A DNA stretch of 64,000 bases from the human T2T-CHM13v2.0 reference genome, Homo sapiens: the NCBI RefSeq assembly GCF_009914755.1, contig NC_060943.1. The stretch is one strand, 5' to 3'. Below are positions 48,628 to 64,000 of this stretch, in pieces; positions within the stretch are counted from its first letter, which is position 1; each line of letters begins with the position of its first letter. The notes under the pieces were generated by a model that was given only the letters and a program-made list of their open reading frames with translations, ran no database searches and had not been told where the DNA came from. Both the position numbers and the translations under genes were made by a program.

Positions 48628-48956
48628 TTAAAAAATAAAAGCACGCTGCAGGGTCTCTCTCCAACCGGAGCTTCGTCCAGGCTCAACTCCGAGTGTGTCC
48701 CCAGCGGCACCATTGGCTGTTCATGCCTTCCTCCTGGGGTTTTCATGCAGATGAAGGAGACGAGTTGTGTTGAGGGCCTGGTGTGCAGTAGGCACTTGGA
48801 CATCATCAGTGTTGGCTTCAGGAGAAGCACATGAGCGTCTTTCCTTTAAAAAGGGAAGAGGCAGCCGGGCGTGGTGGCTCACACCTGTAATCCCAGCACT
48901 TTGGGAGGTCGAGGCAGGTGGATCATGAGGTCAGGAGATTGAGACCATCCTGGCTA

Positions 48957-49182
<226 letters not shown>

Positions 49183-49296
49183 TCATGCCTGTAATCCCAG
49201 CACTTGAGGAGGGTGGGAGGTGGGAGGATTGCTCAAGCCCAGGATTTCAAGACCAGCCTGGGCAACATGGCAAGGCCTCGTATCTACAAAAATTCA

Positions 49297-49819
<523 letters not shown>

Positions 49820-51451
49820 TCACAGGGCCATGATGGTGGAGGGCTCTGGAGGGAATCCTAGGTTGTGGGGCTGTGTGACCTTTGGCAAGTCTAGACATCT
49901 CTGGGCCTACTTTCTTACCTGGAAAATGAGAAGAGCAGTCCCTCTTCAGGATGAACTGGCAGAATGCATGTAAAACCTGGGACTTTGGTGCACAGTAGGT
50001 GTTTTTCTTTTTTTTTCTTTTTCTTTGAGACGGAGGAGTTTTGGTCTGTCGCCCAGGCTGGAGTGCAGTGGTTCGACCTCGGTCCACTGCAACCTCTGCC
50101 TCCTGGTTCAATTGATTCTCCTGCCTCAGCCTCCTGAGTAGCTGGGACTACAGGAATGCACCACCACATCCAGTTACTTTTTGTATTTTTGGTAGAGACA
50201 GGGTTTCACCATGCTGCCCAGGCTGGTCTCGAATTGCTGGGCTCAGGCGATCTACCCGCCTCAGCCTCCCAAAGTGTTGGGATTACAGGCGTGAGCCACT
50301 GTGCCTGGCTCCTTTTTTTTTTTTTTTTTGGACAGAGTCTCGCTCTATTGCCCAGGCTGGAGTGCAGTAGCACGATCTCTGGTCACTACAACTTCCCTTT
50401 CCTGGGCTCAAGCGATCCTCCCACCTCAGCCTCCCAAGTAGCTGGGACTACAGGCATGCACCACCACACCCAGCTAATTTTTGTATTTTTGGTAGAGACA
50501 GGGTTTCACCACGTTGCTGAGGCTGGTCTCAAATTCTTGGGCTCAGACAATCTGCCCACCTTGGCCTCCCAAATGCTGGGGTTACAGGCTTGAGCCACCG
50601 TGCCCAGCCCAGTAGCTGCTTAATTTATTAGCGGGTTAAGATGGGAGTGAGCTCTCTAGACATGACATACTGTACAATGGAGGTGTCTGGGAAGGTCCCT
50701 AGGGGCTGGTCTTGGTTGCAGGAGTGACTACTCCTTGGACTGACTGGGGCATAGATGGGGGCCCTGGGGCAACCCCAGGTGGAGGGGGTGTGGGGTTCCC
50801 CAAATGTACAAGGTTCAGACATCTGGGATCTGGTATGAGGTGCACCTGGGTTCAAGCCCGCCCCTGCAAATGACTTGTGGGGTGGCCTTAGGCAAGTCAC
50901 TCTGCTCCCTCCAAATGAGGGCATGATCCTCGGCCAACTCTGCAGGGATGTTATAGGGGGTCAGTGTCACGTTAGGGGGCAGATGCATCATAAACTGTAA
51001 AGTGCAGCAGCCACCTCAGTGAATGACATTTCCACCCCTCCCAATCAGTGGTCTCCTCTTGGCAGCTCTAATGAGTCAGCCCGGGAGGAAAAGTTTCAAT
51101 CCCTTTGATGACTCAGGGTTTGAGGGATAAAAAGAAACTTGAGTAGTGAAGGGTGAGGTTTGGCCTTCAGAGTGGGAACCCTGGGGTAGGACAGCACGGG
51201 CCCGATCTCCCCACCACCTCACCTCCGCCACGGACACCCACAACAAGGCATTTCCAGCCTTCACAGTGAAGACGATCTAGGAGTCACCCCTTCCTTGTAC
51301 AAACAGGGAGATCGTGGCCCAGAGAGGGTGTGGCCACACTCAGGGTCACACAGCAAAGTCAAAGATAAAATTCTACGCCGCCTCCCTCCCATCTTCCAGT
51401 TTTAAGGTGGAAAAATGTGTCCTCCCAGCAGGTGTGACTCAGTGACTTGTG

Positions 51452-51457
51452 TTTATT
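51452..51457 (-). terminator. CIB3: CIB3 polyadenylation signal AATAAA
   Basis: tttatt on + strand, ~73 nt past the CIB3 stop. Confidence 0.8.
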
Positions 51458-51529
51458 CTCAGAAACCAGAGTCCACAGCGGGTGAGGGGTCACCCCGCCC
51501 TCCTATAGCTCGGCTCCTCTGTGGTGCCA

Positions 51530-51551
51530 TCAGATTCGGATGTGGAAGGTG
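51530..51551 (-). CDS. CIB3: CIB3 coding exon 6 (STFHIRI*)
   Basis: cacag acceptor; TGA at 51532-51530; total CDS 564 nt = 187 aa; C-terminus shared with CIB2. Confidence 0.94.
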
Positions 51552-51927
51552 CTGTGTGCAGAGAGAAAAGGAGTCAAGGCCTTCAAGGAGTGGACAACCC
51601 CTTTTCCTCCTCCCCCTCAACACGCTCACGGCAAGTCCCTGGGACAGGCAGGAAGGATGCCACATGGACCCCTCAAACAACCCTAGGCCGGGAGACCCCT
51701 ACAGGGGCTGAGAGCACATGCCTTTAATTTTTTAATTCTTTTTTTTTTTTTTTTTTTTTTGAGATGGGGTCTTGCTCTGTCTCCCAGGCTGTAGTGCAGT
51801 GGTGTGATCTTGGCTCACTGCAACCTCTGCCTCCTGGGTTCAAGTGATTCTCATGCCTCAGCCTCCCGAGTAGCTAGGATTACAGGTGCATGATACCACG
51901 CCCAGTTAATTTTTCTATTTTCAGTAG

Positions 51928-53710
<1,783 letters not shown>

Positions 53711-53807
53711 GTGAAATTTAAAAATTATAAGATAATAATAGCAACAGCAATTTATTAAACACCTATTGTGTGCCAGGAGCTGTGCTGAATTTTCTCCATA
53801 TATTAAT

Positions 53808-54465
53808 TTGGGGTTCAGCAAACCTTTTTCTGTAAATGGCCAAATAGTTGATGTTTTCAACTTTATACCATGACGCAACTCTGTTGTTGAAGCACACAAG
53901 CAGCCATAGACAAAATGTACACAAATGGGTGTGGCTGTGAGCCAATACAACTTTACTGATGGACACAGAAAAGTGAATTTCGTATCACTGTCACGTGTCA
54001 TGGAATAATCTTTTTTTAAATTAAAAAAAAATTTTTAATGTGTTTATTTATTTTTGAGACAGAATCTCACTCTGTGACCCAGGCTGGAGTGCATGGCACA
54101 ATCTGAGCTCACTGCGGCCTTGACCTCCTGGGCTCAAGCAATCCTCCCGCCTCAGCCTCCCAAGTAGCTGGGACTACAGGCATGCACCACCATACCTGGC
54201 TATTTATTTATTTATTTATTTGTAGATATGGACTCTCCTTATGTTCCCCAGTTTGGTCTCAAGCTCCTGGGGTCAAGAGATCCTCCCCACTTAGCCTCCC
54301 AAAGTGCTGGGATTAAAGGCATGAACCACCCCACCTGGTTGGAATATTATTATTCTTTGATTGTTTTTTGATCTTTTGAAAATATAAAAGCCATTCTTAG
54401 CTCACAGGAGGTACAAAACCAGGCTTTGGGTCAGACTGGCCTATTGGCCGTACTTTGCCCTGCAG
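53808..54465 (+). mobile_element. MER58-like hAT DNA transposon, Alu-interrupted; a second copy in opposite orientation at ~46555-47092
   Basis: ggggttcagcaaacctttttctgtaaatggccaaatag...gggtgtggctgtgagccaatacaactttact typical of MER58. Confidence 0.65.
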
Positions 54466-54783
54466 TGGCGGCTGATTTTCCCCAAAGGCTGCCAAGTACA
54501 GTTACACAGTCTGTTCACTGCAAACTGTTCAGGCAACAAGGGCTGAAGTCCAGCCACATTCTGCTTGCTGAAAGAGGTGTATCCACTCGCAAGAGGTGCC
54601 CAGGGGGTCCCTAATTATCCCCATTTTACAGATGCAGGGACTGAGACTAGGGAAATTGAGAAAGTTTCCCAAGGTCATGAAAGAATGAATAGAGGAATTT
54701 TCAGAAACAGAGTCTGTGAACTGTCTGCGTAAGAGCCCCTTCAGATGTGCAAATGGACTGTGGGCGGTGACGGAGAGCATCAC

Positions 54784-54979
54784 CTGAGGAAGTCTGGTGC
54801 CCGGAGGATCATGTTCTGGAAATCTTCCAGGGACAGCCGCCCATCATGGTCTCCATCAGCCTCATCCAGCACCTTCTCACATACCAGGCTCACCTCCTCG
54901 GCACTCAGCCCCCCCCGCGTCAGTTTGGTCACCGTCTGCTCCAGGTCCCACGCACAAATGTAGTCGTCGTTGTTAAAAT
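54784..54979 (-). CDS. CIB3: CIB3 coding exon 5 ([15 protein letters not shown]...[27 protein letters not shown]), EF-hands 3-4
   Basis: ctgcag acceptor, AG|gtgatg donor; 196 nt; two EF-hand loops ([24 protein letters not shown]). Confidence 0.96.
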
Positions 54980-55252
54980 CTGCAGAGCAGGATGGATGGG
55001 GAGTGACAGCAGGTGGCAGGAGGGCTAGGCCGGCTGTGGGCACATACTGTGCCCATGTTACAAGAAGGGGAAACTAAGGTCGGGCACGGTGGCTCACGCC
55101 TGTAATCCCAACACTTTGGGAGGCTGAGGAGGGTGGAACACCTGAGGTCAGGAGTTCGAGACCAGCCTGGCCAACATGGTGAAATCCCATCTCTACTAAA
55201 AATACAAAAATACCCAGGTGTGGTGGCATGCACCTGTAATCCCAGCTATTCA

Positions 55253-55435
<183 letters not shown>

Positions 55436-55439
55436 TTAA

Positions 55440-58105
<2,666 letters not shown>

Positions 58106-58203
58106 AAACCCCTGGGGAGATATTTGTGATGTGGGTGCCACCCACCCAGTTCCCACTCCCCACCCCATCCCCATGCTTCCCAACCCCAGGGCCACGCACG
58201 CAC

Positions 58204-58351
58204 CATAAATTTTAAAAGCATAGTAAGCCTTGAGGTCGCGGGGAGCCATTTCACTCATCACGGAAAACATGTCCAAAAAGTTGTCCAGGGTCATGTGGCC
58301 ATCCCCATCCTCAGAGAATACCTGGGCAATCCTCTGGCGGAAGGGGTTGTC
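58204..58351 (-). CDS. CIB3: CIB3 coding exon 4 ([49 protein letters not shown])
   Basis: ccccag acceptor, G|gtgcgt donor; 148 nt; CIB-family NPF..RI..VFS motif and EF-hand-like loop. Confidence 0.96.
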
Positions 58352-58544
58352 CTGGGGACAGAAAGGAAGCTGGGAGGCCATCCTCTGACCCCCAAGGTCT
58401 CTGGGGTCCATGTGGTCTCACTATCAGCACCCACCTTCTGGGAACCTCCAAGTACCCTCCATCAAGACCCACTCCCTCCCATGGTCCCTGGACAGGACTT
58501 TGGACAACTCCACCCTCCACCCCTGTGATCTGAGCAACCTTGCC

Positions 58545-58995
58545 CCAACTTCCAGCTCTTGGAGCAGCCATGTGACCCAGGCAAGGCCAATCAGAGAGTT
58601 CCATTCACCTGGCAATAGTGATTGGCTCTGTGATGGGCATGTGACTCAAGCTAGCCAATCAGAGGCTGACCTGGGATATTTTTCTGAAAAATTGGGAGGG
58701 AGGGGACCTGATTACTGCTGCTTGCAAAGCTCACAGAAGCTAAAGCTGAGTGGCTGAGAGGTCCCTTCACAGCCTCAAGAGGTGAGGCTGCCTTAGACTG
58801 AAACCTCTTCCTGGGAGGAGCCGAGATATGGGGGGAGATTCCTGAGCACATCATCAGAGGCCCTGGTTCCAGCTGTACCTGACACTGTCCCTGCCTCTGG
58901 ATTTTTTTGTTGTTGTTCAGGGGCAATCCATTTTGATCCAAACCATTCTGTCCCTCTCAAATAAGGTTTTTGTCACTTGCAATAAAATCAACCCT
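58545..58995 (+). mobile_element. Ancient ERVL-type LTR fragment (LTR16-like)
   Basis: Paired catgtgacc...gccaatcagag boxes and 3' ttttgtcacttgcaa motif; subfamily and strand uncertain. Confidence 0.5.
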
Positions 58996-59147
58996 ACTCA
59001 CAGTCAGTTACTCAACCCACAAGTTCCCCTTGGAGGCACAAACCATGTGTCAAACATCCTGCTGATAAAAACCTGCATTTAGCAGCTCCTGTTACAAGAA
59101 GAACTAACGTTCTCTGAGTACTTGACACACAACACACCCTGTACTGA

Positions 59148-59601
<454 letters not shown>

Positions 59602-59627
59602 TAAAATGGGGATAACTGCAGCACTGA

Positions 59628-60047
<420 letters not shown>

Positions 60048-60692
60048 TAGTAGCGACGGGGTTTCATGTTGGTCAGGCTGGTCTCAAACTCCTGACCTCA
60101 GATGATCCACCTGACTTAGCCTCCCAAAGTGTTGGGATTACAGGCGTGAGCCACCGCACCTGGCCAAGTCCCTTCTCTTTCACATTCACAGCTGCTCACT
60201 GCACACTGAGGTATACTGGGTCCCCAAGAACACTCAGCCCTGGGCCTGGACCTCAAGCATACAGAGCCTGACACAGGCACCCCTAACCTCCCTGGGGGCA
60301 GGGTCAAGGTGCAGAGAGGGCCACAGGACAAAGGGAGACTGGACTGGGGGAAGCAAGCTAGCGAGGAGAAGGGGGTTCCTGGAAGAGGGGACATTGGTTC
60401 TGGGCTTTGAAGCATGAGTAGGAGCTTCTAAAGCAGATGGAGTTGGGAGAAGGGAGGGTGCTTATGGCCAGATCACAGCAAGCATTCAGAGAATCCTATA
60501 TAATCCACACATCTCTGGATATTGTCATGTTATCAGCAAGACCCTGCCTCCAAAGATACCTTCACTTTCATACCTTCCCTTCCTCTCCTTATAATGGGAG
60601 GAAGAGGCCGGATGCAGCGGCTCATGCCTGTAATCCCAGTACTTTGGGAGGCCGAGGCGGGTGGATCACCAGAGGTCAGGAGTTCGAGACTA

Positions 60693-60887
<195 letters not shown>

Positions 60888-61017
60888 TCAAAAAAAAAAA
60901 AGAAAAGAAAAAAGAAAGAAAGAGGCCGGGCGCGGTGGCTCACGCCTGTAATTCCAGCACTTTGAGAGGCCGAGGCAGGTGGATCACGAGGACAGGAGAT
61001 CAAGACCATCCTGGCTA

Positions 61018-61281
<264 letters not shown>

Positions 61282-61996
61282 TCAATGGGGCAGAGCAGAG
61301 ACAAACAGCTAATAGTCACATTTTTTCTAAAGGGCAGACAAAAGATATTTTGCAAATAACTGAATACCACACACACTATCCAGATTATAAGGCCAGTTCT
61401 CCACTCAGAAGCCCTCACCTGTGACACCATACCTTCATTAGGGCATGCTGAGCAGCAGCCTTGCAGAGACCATCCTTGGTGGGTCTGAGGTCCCCAAGCT
61501 GCTAGGGACTGTCTCTGAGAGAGACATGAGTCCCTAGGTCATATGATGACTAGGAACTCAATGAAGGTGGGGTGGGGAGACCTAGAACTTTCATCCTGAC
61601 CACTCAGTTCCCTGTCGGGGTCCCATCAGGGAATACCCTGGGTTTAGGTTTCTGTGTGGCTCTGAGCATGTTCCTCTCCTCTCCCTCTCTGTGCCTTGGT
61701 TATTCTATCTGATAAGCAAGAAGCTTGGGACAGACAAAATGTCTGTCCTTGGGGCCTTGGGGCTCTGTGCATTTACCCTTCAGCCTGGGATCAGCCCCGC
61801 CCTGTCTGAGCCTCAGTTTCCCCATCAGTAATTTGATCGTGATGGCCGAGGTGACCCTGCAAGCTGTCCTCACCCAAACAATGGGGCTCACTAGTAAAAG
61901 GTGTGGCCATCAATAATGGATGTCCTGTTACTACACAACTGGGGCCTTGGCCCCGATCACACTGCAGCTGAACCCTGGCCAGCTTGGGTTTCATAG

Positions 61997-62434
<438 letters not shown>

Positions 62435-62616
62435 TGATCTTAAACTCCTGACCTCAGGTGATCCACCCACCTTGTCCTCCCAAAGTGCTGGGATTACAGG
62501 CATGAGCCACCGCGCCCAGCCTCAGGAGAATCTTTCTAACGTGCTGATGGTCTCTCCCCTGCTCATGCATGCTCCATAGCTCCCTGCCACCCTTGGGAGA
62601 AAGCCCAAGCTCATCA

Positions 62617-63341
<725 letters not shown>

Positions 63342-63491
63342 TCACACAGATGGCCTGATGCTGCCACACACAGAGCAGAACCAGGAACCCAGGCGGACGG
63401 TACACCCAGATGAAGGCATTCTGTTCCCATTTCCCAGACCACGGAACCAAAGTTGTCAAACCCACTGAGGACCCATCCTGCCCCCCTCTAC

Positions 63492-63542
63492 CTGATACGC
63501 TTCCAGCTGCTCGTGTGTGAAGACTGTCTGCTTGTTGCCCAT
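63492..63542 (-). CDS. CIB3: CIB3 coding exon 1 (MGNKQTVFTHEQLEAYQ)
   Basis: accATGG Kozak; Gly2 N-terminus typical of the CIB family; CAG|gtagag donor; 51 nt. Confidence 0.96.
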
Positions 63543-64000
63543 GGTGTGAACCACAGCCCAGACTTGGGGATGCACCCCAAAGGCTCCCAGCTTCCTCGGG
63601 GCCACACGGGTTGCCAGGCTGTTGTGTACCAGTGTCTGGGCAAATCTCCCTGCCCTGGCTGTCACCCACCCACCTACGCCATCACCCCCTGCTTGATGAG
63701 ACTCAAATTACAGCCAGGCTCTCTGGACAACAGCCTGAATGTGTCCATGGGTAAGGATAAGGGCTGTGGGATGTCACAGAGAAGACCTCAGTGGGGAGGC
63801 CACATCTGCCACCACAAGGTGAGGCTGGGGTTATGGGGCACACTCAAGAGACAGGCAGGGTATACAGAAGGGCTATGGGCACACTGCAGCTCAAATCCCA
63901 GCTCTCTGCCCACTAGCTGTGTGGCCCTGGGCAAGTCACCTGACTTCTCTGAACCTCATTCATGAGATGAAAATTACATTATACCTACCTCATAGGGTCA

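Overview
Primate (almost certainly human, chr19p13) Alu-dense, GC-rich genomic DNA holding three complete spliced genes, each rebuilt here exon by exon with GT-AG junctions and consistent phases. RAB8A (+, 8 coding exons, 1973-22370, 624 nt = 207 aa, CpG-island promoter); HSH2D (+, SH2 adaptor, 5 coding exons, 38816-47859, 1059 nt = 352 aa, non-coding leader exon near 33.75-33.84 kb); and the convergent CIB3 (-, EF-hand protein, 6 coding exons, 63542-51530, 564 nt = 187 aa). The rest is mostly Alu, with L1/L2/MIR relics, hAT (MER58-like) fragments, a solo MER50-type LTR with its TSD, and a MER21-type LTR. No new protein-coding system is evident. The most notable non-genic structures are: a 14-unit, 62-bp VNTR in an HSH2D intron carrying 10 TTC-N4-GAA (STAT6-type) sites; a ~14-unit tandem amplification of an L2 3' end in CIB3 intron 4 that stacks AATAAA signals on the CIB3 sense strand; an octamer-rich LTR upstream of HSH2D; a candidate antisense first exon near 29.8-30.0 kb; and competing tandem acceptors at 4 of 5 HSH2D coding exons. 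Repeat subfamily names and boundaries are by eye and approximate.
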